The notes beneath the pieces were generated by a model. It ran no database searches. It was not told the DNA's origin and saw nothing but the letters and a program-made list of their open reading frames with translations. A stretch of DNA of 64,000 nucleotides from Tubulanus polymorphus. Its lineage: Eukaryota; Animalia; Nemertea. Below, in pieces: positions 1 to 13,365 of this stretch. A program made the position numbers and the translations under genes. Each line of letters begins with the position of its first letter. Within the stretch, counting starts at the first letter, position 1. The DNA is taken from positions 30,042,150 through 30,106,149 of the forward strand of contig NC_134026.1 of the NCBI RefSeq assembly GCF_964204645.1. The letters are read 5' to 3'.

Positions 1-198
1 TAGTAGACACCTTAGTAGATACGCGAGCCGATTCGAGATATACCGACTTTACTTTGAGATTTGCGATCATCTACATTCATTCATCGATAAAAACACGAAC
101 CGAGAAGACATTGTGTGGACAGTGTCAATTGTATCAGCCGTCAGTTCCCGGCAGGATAATGTTCTTGGTGTTAGGATTAATATGTACATGTTTTTCAG

Positions 199-3100
199 GT
201 TGCTCGCACTGACCGTGCTTACACAGTTAACTATAAACGTGGTAAGTACTTACTTCAAAATCATTTTGAATCAATATTAACGTTCGCGATACCATTCACT
301 AGCAGTTCAAGTGTCTAGAAAATACCATGTTTTTCGATAGTAGTCCGCAAAAAAATAATGACGTGAATAAACGTTAATGCGATGAAATTGAAATAGAAAT
401 TCTCGAGAGTTTTTTTTTTCTGACTGTATTGTAATGATACTCCAAGCGCTGTCCGTATTCATTCAGACACAACATGTTTTTTTTCTACGAACTATATATT
501 TTTTAGATCTGATAAGCCTCTTATTAATCATTATCATATTTGAAAGCTTTTACGCTATCGATCACTCGATGGTTTTTATTGCACAACATCTTATCATCTT
601 ATCAGTAAATCGTAATATGATTTTTTTTCTCATGTTATAGATGTATGGAGCAGCTATGCAAATGGCCAGTTACGCCGATTTTTCACCAAAAGAGCATCAT
701 GGAACGGTCAAACGTCCTTATCATTTACACGCGGAATGTAGCAGGCATAATGTTATAATAAGAGGACACAGAGTGTACGCTTCTAAACCACGAAGTGCTG
801 ATAGACAATACGGTAAGTCTTATCAGTTACATCGTGATCTAACAGATCATTTCTCACTTAAACCGAAATCTGACCCGGGGTTGACGCCATTCACGTCCAA
901 TCTGTAGGAAATCGAAATCGAAAGCGAATTTTGTTGAATATTTTATCTGAACTGTGAATATTACTGCTACAATAGTTATGTACGAGTAAAGAACACATGT
1001 ATAAATTGTTAATGAATTATCTTTCGCCATTCATCATGTTTTGTTCGTTACTCGTCGGACACTTTGTTTATTCAACATTACGTTCATCAAAATAAAACCA
1101 CCAAGATACAATACAATTATTGCTAAGATGCTCACTGAATCTTTGACATTAAACGCGGGTTTGTTAAGGTAACGGAAGCTAATCATAAGCGGGGTTGTTT
1201 GCTCTACCAGGGCACTGTCTTTCGATAACCTTGACATCACAGTTTACCTCTGCGGTTGTGTATTATAAAACAGAATAGTGGAGTTCGACGTCATTGGATC
1301 GGTTAATTGAATATTTCATTTCGGTGGCGGAAATATTATATCGCTAAAAACACACGATTCTAGTTTACTCGTACTGAAAACCTTGGTAAATAGTGTTTAT
1401 AAACGAAATACACACGTATTGTCGGTCGACCGTGCATCAATACATCGAGTTCCAGTACTTCCCCGAATTCTATATTCATTTTGTTTACACGTTAGTTTAT
1501 TATATATATATATATATGCATTCGATATGATTTTCAGGAAAAGAACAATTCTATTATTTGAAGTTTACAAAAATGTGGGGTTAAAAGTGTGAAGCTATAG
1601 TACTATATTCTACAAATTTTTAACCTTTTCGTGTTCGGGGTTAGCTTTTGAAACTTACTCAACCGCACATCCCAGAAATCTATTTCTATAATGGTTTTTA
1701 TGTAATGTATCCAGAATCGGGTGTCGTCGAGATTCCAGAAGTGTACAATGTGTGTTCTGCGCTTAAACTTCTATCTTGAAAATAATATTGGACAAGAAAC
1801 TAATAAATGTGACAGGGACAAAATATCGATGAGAAAAACAGCTCATTTAATGTGTCATTTCATCGTCAGTTATTGCATTTAATTAGTCGCTCTTTTCTAA
1901 TATAATTCTGACAGGTCACAACTAGTGATCAAACTACGGCTCTGTGTCTTTAGATAGATATTTGTCAGAACAGCAACGGAAAGGAATTCCTCATCTCACT
2001 TTGTCGATTTGGTTCGAAGACAAAAACAAACAAACTATCGAGTAAATAATGCCGAACATATTGATACTAATATATATGACCAATTTGAATATTTTGCGGT
2101 CTGGCTTGTCACGATCACAAATATTTGAGTAAGAGTAATTCACCATGCTAAACCGTATATGGAAATATATGTATAACATGACGTAAATATCGCTATAGGT
2201 TCTTTTGAAGTTTTAGAAGCTTAATTCTTATCAATTTGTGATAGCAGTAGTTTTGCTTTGATATAAAAGTATTTTTGTCGTTAAGGTTTTTGTGTATTTA
2301 CTGTACTCAGTGATACGGACCGGTATGTCCTTGTGTTTTTGTTAATAGTTTTCGTGAATGCTATGTGCCGCTACTTTTTAAGTTCAAGTTCAAGATAAAA
2401 ATTCCCACCACCCGCAAACCAGATATATTTGGTAATTGTTGCATAAATAATATCAGGAATACCTACTTTTATGTAGTCAGTGAATTCCAACTATGGTGGC
2501 ATAATTACAAAAATAAACCAGTTATTTTACCTTAGATCATCTTTTATTTGAAAAAAAAGAATTCTCTTCGGATTGAAGAGTTTTCATACATTTATCTTTA
2601 ATGAATGTACTCTTAACATAGGTTTCAGAAAGTGTCTACGATTTTCTAAACGAAACCTCTATATATTCATCCGGCGTGGTTTGTTCGCGAAAATAAAAGT
2701 ACCGCAAACTAACAGTTGTGAAGTCAAATTCCATAGAGGCGGTGGTGGCACGTGGATTAGATCGTTCATGGTCAATGACTGGAACGTTAAAATGACTGCA
2801 CGCAAAAGAAAAAACGAAACAGTCTAAGAATAACTGCCGAGAAATTCCGACTGAATTCTTTGAAATACACTTTTGTGAAAAAAATAACGTCAAAGATGTC
2901 AGAATACTTATTATGTAATTTTCAGATTGTCTGCGATGGTCACTGATCGCTTCGTCGATTTGTTGTTTATTCCGAAACGTGACCCATAAATGAAACTGAA
3001 ATGATATGACTTCCAGTCTATGAAGAGAATTCCTAGAGGTTATCCAGTTCGTAATGTCAATCATTACAACTATTTCAAAATTACAGTCAATGACAAATAT

Positions 3101-6100
3101 CCGTGTTATATCAACGTCCTTTCTTCGAATTCCCGGAGACGAGTTATAAATTTCATATTGAATTTCTATCTAACAACGTTATAATATCATCAATACATAT
3201 CTGAGCGATATAAAAGCTGTTCTTTTGCCGGCTTTAACTGGAAATAATATGCATATTCAAGTCAATTACCAAGTCACGCGTATAAGTCGTTAAAATACCA
3301 CGGTCAAACCATAGCCCGTGGTCAAACAAACGCAATAGTGAATAGGTCGCTTTTGAAAACTTTCTTAGAAAATTTAACAAGAGCAGATTTGACTAATTGA
3401 AGGACACCTCATTTGACGGTCGGTTTGAATGGTCATCGGTGTAGAAACTGTTGCGCAATGTCAGATGTGATTAATAATAAGTATAGTGGATTGAGAGCTC
3501 TCTCTCTCTATCTGTCTCTCCCTCTCTCTATCTGTCTACTTCGCTCTCCACCCGCGCGGATACCGACCGACTGACGAGGAAATGATGACACCCTTACTAT
3601 CATCAATCACACAGGTGACAATTAAGCTTGTCTCCTTCAGTTGTTTGGGGCTTAATTTAGGGGTAATGAAGGTAAATTGAATAATTGTGGGTTTATTTTC
3701 ATCTATAGACAAAACCCCGTAGTCGGGCGATGCCCAGACGGGTTCTATAGAAATTCTACCAGTTTATGGCTGCCTTTATTCATCTTTTACACACGACTTG
3801 TGATTTTAATTGGGCGATTGTACCTCATGTTGTATTCGGACTAATAATGTCGATTATAGCGTGCTAATTATGATAGTGACATTGCACACGATGGATATAA
3901 CGAGCTGAAATACACGAGACACTCGAATATAGAACTTTTTTTAGTTACTGCGATGATTCGGTTTTTAATGGCCTCTCTCTCTCTTTTTCATAAAGCCAAT
4001 TACATCAACTTTATAATCTGTAGATACTAATACTCTGTACCACGCAATGAAATGGACATTGAACCTCATTTATTAGAATAATCAATTCATTCAGCTATTG
4101 TCATTTTTTCGATAAGCTAATTGGTATTTTGTCATTTTGACTACGTTGAGCCCCAAACTTTGGAGTTTCACAGAATGAGTAACACTTCATTAAAGTTTAA
4201 TTAGTATCGTATTATCACGAGACTAATGGAACATTAAAGTGGTTCTGTGAACTGGCCGCGGGTTCTGTGAACTGGCCCCCAGAATCGAAGAACGAAATGA
4301 TAATTATATTCGCCTACTCCTGTACATAGGCCACCCACACTGGATGTGAACTTTTTACAATAAAGTTATCGGATTTTACGATAACGTTATTAACTAGTTA
4401 TAGAAATATTAGATATTGGAAACAGAGTGACATATTGTTCCCATGTAGCTCCGTACTGAGTATACCATTTCCTGCATTCTATGTGCGGGACATATAGCTC
4501 AAAATATCCAGACAAAACTTCCGGAAAACGCCTAGGAAACAAGCTCAGACCACTCTATCAAACATACATATTTTACAATGTAAAATAGAAAATGCTATTG
4601 GTAACAGTTTGCCGTGTTGTTGTATGTGCATGGTCAGGTTCGTTTTGAAGTCTAACCTAAAAAAACGTGTGAAGCATGGTCTTCTTTCTTGTTCATCACT
4701 AATCCGCAAGTTTGTCGTAAGAAAAAAAAAGATAATTGACAGTATTCTAAGTTCGTATTCTGGAGCCATCCCACGACGATTCGGTGAAGCGAGTAGATAA
4801 GGCCCGTCGAGATTCTGGAGAGAACGGTGTCTTGAATATTGAATGTCACCAATCATACAGAAAGAGAACAAACCTGTCAGTAGCTTTTATGAGAAAAGTT
4901 GTAATACAAGTCAATCTCAGTCAGTTTAAACCGTATCCACCGCAAGTCAGACAATATTGTTTATATTCACAAGTTACAGGTAGATATTATGCAAAAATAC
5001 CTAAAGATTCACAGCTTGCACTTATGAACAGATGAAAGAAACAATCGTCGAGTCAGTTTCCCGGGGAAATTCACTTACAATCGATAACAAATTATCTATT
5101 TGTAATTCATCTTTTTTTCATTTTAGACGAAATGGTTTTCGAATCGGAATCATTTAGTGGCCTGACGCGAATACGAGGTCGAAAAAGTGGACATTACTTA
5201 TGTTTTAATAAAAGAGGTCGCCTGATAGTGCGGGTAGGTAATAACCACATCATAATCTCCAAAAACAACCCGGTCATGCACCTATTCGCTGTCACCTCTG
5301 TATATTTGATATTTCATTGAGGTCAATATTGTCTGGATATTTTGACATTGATGAGGTCAATCCGGTGTTCTATTCTCAATCGCGATGCAGACCACCCGCC
5401 ACAAACATATATAACCGTGCCGAAAATACAAAATCAGTGCAGAAAGTGGCGATGATCTAGATTTGATTTAAGACCGAGAAGATTTGCATTTTCGGGGACC
5501 CTGGAATCACACGTGGTAGTACCGATTCACCTGGTTCAATATTAGCATCAGAATATTGGTGCTCTTCACCGCTGTGAAACCTGTGATATATACATTGTCC
5601 AGATATATTTAAGTGGTCTATTCTTTAACGATGAGAACTTGATCCTCGCTATGAGTGAATTACTCGCCATAGTTAATAAGAACAATATTTAATACAAGTA
5701 TCATCGCGTATACTTACACTATAAAAACAGATGAATGTGTGGTCCTCGTCCAAAGTCTGTACCAAATAGCCCGATTATTACTAGGGGTTTTTTACGATTC
5801 CTAGAAAAGTGTCGACTTATAGATCACCAAAATTAATAAATAATATCTGTATTTCCGTGTTTGAAATCACGATATCGGCATGAAATAACAAAAAGAAATT
5901 GCTATAGATCATATTCATTTCTGATCAACTCAGAAGAACTTATCAGTTCAGAAAATGGTTATCGTAAGTAAGGGGTAGGGATAATAATGATACGGTAGAG
6001 TTGGAAGACTGATATATCCCTGTCGTTACGTGTATATTCTGATTGATATCGATCGGAATTATTGGAGCGGATAAAACCAACGGCAAACTCACGCGCCACC

Positions 6101-8758
6101 AAAACCATATCGGAAATCGGTTTGGCGGTTACCGCGGCGCGTATTATTAGCCGAATAATACAACAAATTTATCGTTTTGAATTACAACCATTAGATGTAG
6201 ATAGGTAACTGGTGTATCACTGGTGCATCATCACTGCTTGTGTTCCCAGTACAATATAACGCCAACCTCAAAAATAGAATTGATTCAGTCTCTAATACGT
6301 AAACCAAAAGAAAAAATGCGTGACGTCACATCGGTTTACGATGACGTCAGTGCCAGTCATCCAGTATGTTTTGATGATCATGAAAAATATTTCAATATCC
6401 GATTCGTTGACCACAAGTTCGTCTAATTAAATACCTGATATCAGCTCTTAGTGTCATATAAAAAGTGTTATGATCGGTTATCAAAATTATAACTCATAAA
6501 TGGAATGTTGGTATGCGCTATAAATATCTAAAATCATGTAATCGTGACCACAAATCTGGTTGATATTTTAGTCGAGCGTAAATATTTATCATCCACGTAG
6601 TTTATCATAATCGGTGGCCTTTTGCCCTGTACGGAAACAGATAGAACACCTACATCAGCTACTGTATTCCGCTTTTCGGCGTACATCGATTACGTACAAA
6701 TTTCTTATAAGTGACTTTCCGCGGTGAATTCTTACATAACCTCATACGCGATGAAAGGAGTGAACATTCGGCGAAATTAACATTTACACCTTAATGAATG
6801 AATTACAGATTCAAATTGATAATTGAGATTTTTAATTCCGAACTGAGTTCCGCATTCGCGATTTCAGATTTCACGATAAATTTAGATAATTGAAAAAAAT
6901 TGTATTTAACTCTAAAATCAAATTTCAATCAACTACTATGAAACTGGGTCCTGGAATGGCGTATATAATGATGTACAAGAATGAAAATGTCGGATAAACT
7001 GATATTGCAAATCTATACACTTTATCTTTGAAATGCGGACGACCAATTATTCGATACATCTCTGATATCTCTTTATTTGGCTTTGTATGATGACATGTTT
7101 ATATATTTCCTGTTGTACTGGAATTCCACTATGTAAGATACGGCCGGTTAATTGCTTAAAAATGTACTACGTAATATACAGACGTCAGTAGCACATTACT
7201 GAGTGGCAAAAAAATTAAATGTATTGATTGATGTATACATTTAGCTTGATCAAAAATATCTATCCACTGAAAAATTCGAATTGTTAATTAGTCAATATCC
7301 AAGACTAAAGAGAGTAATTCCACCAGTTTCGAGAATTTTCTCGACGGTTTTGTGTTTCAAATATGAATTGTGTATGAATTGTATATGATTGATTCTAGTT
7401 TCCATCCACCGGATTTCCGCGTACAAAACGTATATCCGGTTCATCACATTTAACGCACAAACTATAGGTTCAACAAGGCTAGCGCAAACAACGATCAACA
7501 AACCCAGCCACTGGTCATTTTTATTCATCATTTTTTTGAATCCGTTTATTTCGAAGTCGCAACGTTTGATTATGTTTCAGTAAAAAAAAAGAAAATTAAT
7601 CCGAAGTTTTTTTTCTGTAGTTACTAAATTAGAAGTTTTATGTAATAGTCACGTTTAAGGTCATTTACTTCTACAAAGTTCGTGAAACAAATATAGTCAG
7701 AGTAGAGAAAATTACTATAGGTCTGTTAGAGATTTTTCCACCTCGCCATAGTTAGTAATAAATACCTCGTAAAAAGGATTTTTCTGCTCTGATTGAAATC
7801 TATTGAAGAACACATTCCAGAGGTTTGGGTGCTTTTCGGTGTTCTGTGCCTGCCCTGGAGCGTTGCTTAGCACGGTGACATACCGAGTTTCGGCTGCCCC
7901 TTTGTACGCGCCAAACACGACCCTCGTTATCAATGTATTGAAGAAAAAATGAAGTATCCACGGCATAAAAAGAAAGTTGAAATAGTGCAGAAGTTTTATC
8001 CAGATGACAAATAGGCCTTCGTCCAACTGAATGTATTTTCGATAAAGTTGAATGTTTTGTTGGACGAATCAGTTGTATACACAGAACTGCTGCCGAAGTG
8101 ATAAATACAATATGCCTTAGATTATTAGATTATTATATATGATGTATGAACAATCATTAGGGAAATTAACGTTATGATTTATTGATTTCTAACTAATGAA
8201 ACCGAGATGAAACTGTTTCTATAAATAGCTAGGATTAACGTTGTCTGCTCACAGAATTGTGTACGCTGACGTTGAAATGACGTCATTGGGATTAGCGAGG
8301 TTATCGCGGAGATTCATATATAGTTATATATTTATACTACTACATTATCGATTATCGATCCATGCATATTAAATCGTGTAATTTTTGTTTTCTATTTCTA
8401 GAGCGACGGAAAATCTTCGAAGTGTCATTTCTATCAAAAACTTACACCGGAAGGATTTTTCGAACTCGAGTCGCAAGCGAATGCGAATTGGTTTGTCGGA
8501 TTTAAGAAAAACGGCAAACCTTTGAAAGGATATGACGCGTCAAATCCGCACCGAGCGCGGAAATGCTTCCAATTTACAATCACATCGATGGCGAAACCCG
8601 ACTCGTTTAGGACTCAACAGGGCTCGCGTTGGGCCCCTGCTGGAAATTTCGGATTATTATGGCCTTTTAGATCCACTAAAAGCCAACAACGAACATCAAA
8701 TGGCCATCATCGGACGAATGTGCATAACAACCGTCGTTTTCTCTCAAACTCACCGTGA
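199..8758 (+). CDS. FGF8: Fibroblast growth factor, FGF8/17/18 subfamily; exons 199-241, 641-812, 5127-5233, 8402-8758; first exon probably upstream, or in-frame ATG at 182
   Basis: Phase-consistent GT-AG exons give a hydrophobic signal segment (LLALTVLTQLTINV), then VFESESFSGLTRIRGRKSGHYLCFNKRGRLIVR and KCHFYQKLTPEGFFELESQANANWFVGFKKNGKP, which match the FGF beta-trefoil core. The 107-nt middle exon is typical of the FGF8 subfamily. Confidence 0.88.
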
Positions 8759-8906
8759 TAGTGAAATTAGCGTTTCATAGTTATGTGTATTCTAAAATCA
8801 CTGCCATTTCCTTAAAAAGGAATATCAAAGTCTGTCGTAAAAATGAGGAAGATCAGATCTTGGCCGGCTCGTGATACAACACGTCTGAGAGGTGTTTCTC
8901 CTCACC

Positions 8907-8955
8907 GCTCGTCAGCTCGCCAGCTTGCCAGCTCGTCAACTCGTCAGCTCGCCGT
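8907..8955. repeat. Short 8-bp tandem repeat (GCTCGYCA-like, about 6 copies) in the FGF 3' region
   Basis: gctcgtca gctcgcca gcttgcca gctcgtca actcgtca gctcgccg read directly. Confidence 0.7.
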
Positions 8956-11365
8956 CGAGCTCCAGACAAATTCGAGGTTCGAACGCATCCTATAAATCTA
9001 AGCCGTACTTCATGCAGCTGATTATCAGTCGACGGTGGATTCAAAATGGCTTAAAAATATCTCGTGTATTTTTTCACGCAATATGACTTTTCTCATGCAT
9101 TTAAACAACGCCTAGAGAGGAATTGAGGAATTCTATGAAAATATCATAGAAGATTCGTCATTAGAGGCGAACGTAGTATAGTTATGCGTCACCTAGCAAT
9201 TATTTTGCCAAAAAAAACGAATCCTTGCGCTTTCTGACCACAAGAAGCAAGCAAAAGTTTCTTGACTGTAGCGAAAATGAGAAACTTGATATTACTACCT
9301 CTATATATAATATCCAAATACATAGAATATCGTGTATCTAAAAATATCACGTGTGGATGGAAAAACGCGGTTTCGTCGCAAGCACAACTTTCTGAGTGTA
9401 TGGAATAATACTTCGTTGAAAAAACTATAAAGAAAAAACTCTACGAAAAGAAGAACAGGACTGAACCAAGACTGAGGCCCCCTTAACATCAGTATTGCCT
9501 AACAGTATATATAACACGTCATGTAAGATATTGTTAGTGAAATTCATACAAATATCTATTCACGTTATATGTAATGTACCTAAAAACTGATTTGTTCTTC
9601 GGGTTTATAATGTGTACGTATATTTCACGTCTTAATCGGAAAATCAAAACTCATTAATATCGGTCGATTTTCAAAATGCCAGTATTTTCGTGCGGAAAAT
9701 TGTTATTGATAAGAATTGTGCGAGGCTATTTTCGTATCGAGTTGCGCCAATCATTAACGACGTCACTTTAATATTTCATATGAAGGAATATTGATTCGGA
9801 TAGATATAAAATTAGAACTTAGATAAATTTTACAAGTACACGTTTCAAGTATCTGTCGCTTTCAAAGCAAAATTTCAAAATTGATACCGTCAGAAATTGC
9901 GCTCGGTGCTAAATTTACGTGTTTCGGTTTTCTCCATTTTAATTCTAATAGAAATTGGTTTTAGTCTATTGTCGTTTGTAAACATCACTGTTAATCACGA
10001 ACACGATGAATCATATTATGTTTTGCATCAGTTTTTCTATCCGGTAGATGTGGCGTTGCTTCGTCGATCGTGTTTAAATCATTTTCTCATCAAACTGAAA
10101 AAAAATCGGGGGTACAGCGAATCTAAACACAATCCCATCGAAACTGCCCGGGCATTATAAGGCAGGTCTAAGTGTGGGTAGGGTGGGTATTTTTCCTGTG
10201 ATAAAGTTATTATTTACGTATTAAAAACGCTTTTGGATTCGAAGGGTCTCCGCATGTAGTGTTTCTGGTCTTTGTCGAACTGAACAAAAATGATGTTTAG
10301 GTTTATATTTTGATTTTCTAATGTTCTAACCCATTCTAACCATGCTTGCAGTGATTGATCGACTTGAGCGATGATATGTATATGTGTTTGTTTCAAATTG
10401 AATCGAATATCAAAATCGCCTCCGCAATGCTTCGGCCTGTTTCAATCAATCTCGATGTCTTGTACACTTTAAAGACCCGCTCAGAATTAATTTATCTCTC
10501 TCTAATACTCTAGACGAGTCCCTCGATTCGGGACAATTTAATTAGACTAACTTTTTAATTCGATAACGAGGACAAATTGTCTTGTCTTGAATGTCTATTC
10601 TTGAAGAGATTCTTTCTAGTCATTTATTAAATGATTTAATCAATACGTCATGTGTGCTGTAGATTATTTAAACACGCTAACTGGGTCTATCTAAAACTAT
10701 TGCAAAATGCTTATGATTCTGCAGCAAATCAGTAAACATGCATTCCGTGTTCAGTTCATTTCTGTTCCAGAAATACAACGGCCCACGATGCACCAATTGA
10801 TTATATATGGGATAGGGAAACGTTGCACCTGCTATCATAGAAAACATGAAAATAACTGGTCAAAGTTTATCAGATAAGATGTCATCTATTTAGAAAGTAT
10901 CTGTTATTTTGCACTGTTCGAAAATACGCAATAACATTGTAGTTTTTGATTAAGATAAGAACTAATATTGGCATCTATAATAATGGAAATCAAACACAGT
11001 ACGTAGGCATTTGGCCTATTTCAAAATATAACGACGGGAAGAATCGAAGATTGAAACACGATATGAAAACACAATAGATTGTGTCTGAATATTGTTCGAA
11101 TTTCACAAATAACACATAGCAGGTGTCCGTAAAAAGATGTGGTACTATCATTCAGACGTTTTCACCTCGGGCCGCCTTTAGGTTTCTTCAGTTATTACAT
11201 AGCCGCCCAAATATTTCTATATTTCTTGATATCTGTTCACGGAATGATAGTTTTCATAATTTCATTTAAAGACCAGAACGCTAAACCGTGGAGACTTTAT
11301 ATGCAAGAGAATGTGTATATATGTAATGTACAATATTTGTTATATATGCCAAAGATATATTTATT

Positions 11366-11372
11366 TAATAAA
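11366..11372 (+). terminator. Candidate polyadenylation signal of the FGF gene (about 2.6-kb 3' UTR)
   Basis: AATAAA preceded by TGTATATA and TATTTATTT, a typical 3'-UTR end, with TG/T-rich sequence downstream. Confidence 0.45.
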
Positions 11373-13365
11373 ATGGTGTAAATAATTTCTATAAAAGCTG
11401 TGATTGTTCACTGATTATTTTCTGTTGATACTGAGAGGAATCTGTGGAAACGAATAAGGAATACAGGTAGAATGTGGCAGGAACGCAGATACAATGAAGC
11501 AGGAATAAAGGTAGGATGTAGTTAACTAGAGGGGCAGGTGGAACACTGTTGTATTGATACTGAATGGCTGCACTTCGTCAGATCAGTTTTCCAATTAACT
11601 GATAAATCGACTGTCACATCACTGCATCACATCGTTATTTTGTGTGTCACAATATCATTTTCTATGCCAGATAAAAATTTCGATTCATCGATGTGTCTCA
11701 AATCACGTCCATCTTTCATCTCCCTACATATTATCACATATTGCATGACGTGGATTTCATGTACGTCAAGCGCATCGAATCTAGAAGTGTTAATTTCAGT
11801 TTACGTAATTCCTAAAATTCCTTAAATTAATAGAATTACAAATTCCACTGAATCGAAATCCGCGATTTTCTAGAAATATCTCAAAAAGTGCTTTGTTATT
11901 TTTCATTATAAGAAGATTTGTTACACGCTTTGCTTTAGCTAATGTGAATAAGTCAGTGGAAATGATTAACCGATCTTATGATACGATACGATTCAAGGAT
12001 GGCTTAATCACTTAATCGTTTCTCCATAATTAATGTGCGCACCAGCAGAGCAGTACTATAATATCTGACGACGCGCTATATCGAGGGAATTTCGACTGTT
12101 CGACCAGGGCACTGAAATCAACAGCGTTTTAAATCATGACAACAATACGTCACTACAGTGGGCATTATAGAGTTAATTGGCACCTCGAGGAAGATATCAA
12201 AAGGATTAACTTGTCATTAATCCTCCCTCGAGCTAGTGACACTAATTTTAACCTTATATATACAGTTATTTTAGTAGCAAGTCGAATATAGTTCGAAACT
12301 AGCGGAATTTGTAACTGTATTTCACGTATCAAAACCTGCAACACGACGACTTGGCAAAGATGAAACGAATTAATCTTTTTTAAAGCGACGATATCTTTTC
12401 TTATTTAATGAAAAACCCGATAACCAGTAAATTATGAAGAAGTGTATTTCGATTGATTAATGGGCGCAATTAAACTACGATTCAATTCATTTATGCTGTA
12501 GAGATATAACCGAAGCAGCGCGTTTATGTAAATCATAATAGAACAGCAAACATAATGCCATTTGAATACACACAAGTATGTCTTTAAGCGCATCATTTAC
12601 TTTATAAACAAACTCTTATGGTCACTATTATGTATGACTAAAATGTACTCGGTAAGTAATATCATTAGTGAAACAAACATGACCGGAACAACACAAAACG
12701 ACATAAATAGTGTATCTGGCTCGTCAGAAATTCCTTGCCACTAGCTGGTCGTTGTTTGTAGTTATTTACTTGTTAAATGCTTGTTTTTCTGATGGACAGT
12801 TTTATTGTCGGCTAAATTTGTCTCGAATTCCGTTACGCAAAGCACTTATGACGTGGTTTGGTGCCTGGAAAAAAGTCTATTCGTCGAATTGAACGGTTGA
12901 CCGCTATCGAACCCTGTTCCTCGCGTTCGATTAACGTCATGCGAAATGATAGATTTTATGTAGAATATCAGAAAGGAAATCATCGTTTTTTATAGCGAAA
13001 TAAATAATCAAAACAACTGCAGAATTGGCCAGTTTTAACCCTCGATCTCTTCGTCCTTCATCTATAGTACAAGCCGTATTATTCTGCTATATTATTTTCC
13101 GTGTTTTGAATTGACATTTTAATTTACTCATTTTTCCCATTCGCCACCTACTGGAAAAATGAAAAATCCTCAATTCGTAACAAGATGCCTGCGAAAAAAA
13201 ACCCAAAAACTAATGCGAAAGACAATAACTCAATCAATATGTTATACAAATACTATTCTTTTATTTGTTTTAAATCAACGAAAATGTCGGATATATATTT
13301 TAAGTACAGGGAGGGAGCACATGTCGAACACTATTTTCCTTCCGATGTTGCTAATCTTTCCTCGT

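Noticed and set aside
900-4500. Several 60-140-aa ORFs in FGF intron 2 (and similar ones at 9000-13500)
   Set aside because: AT-rich composition, no domain resemblance, no consistent splice structure
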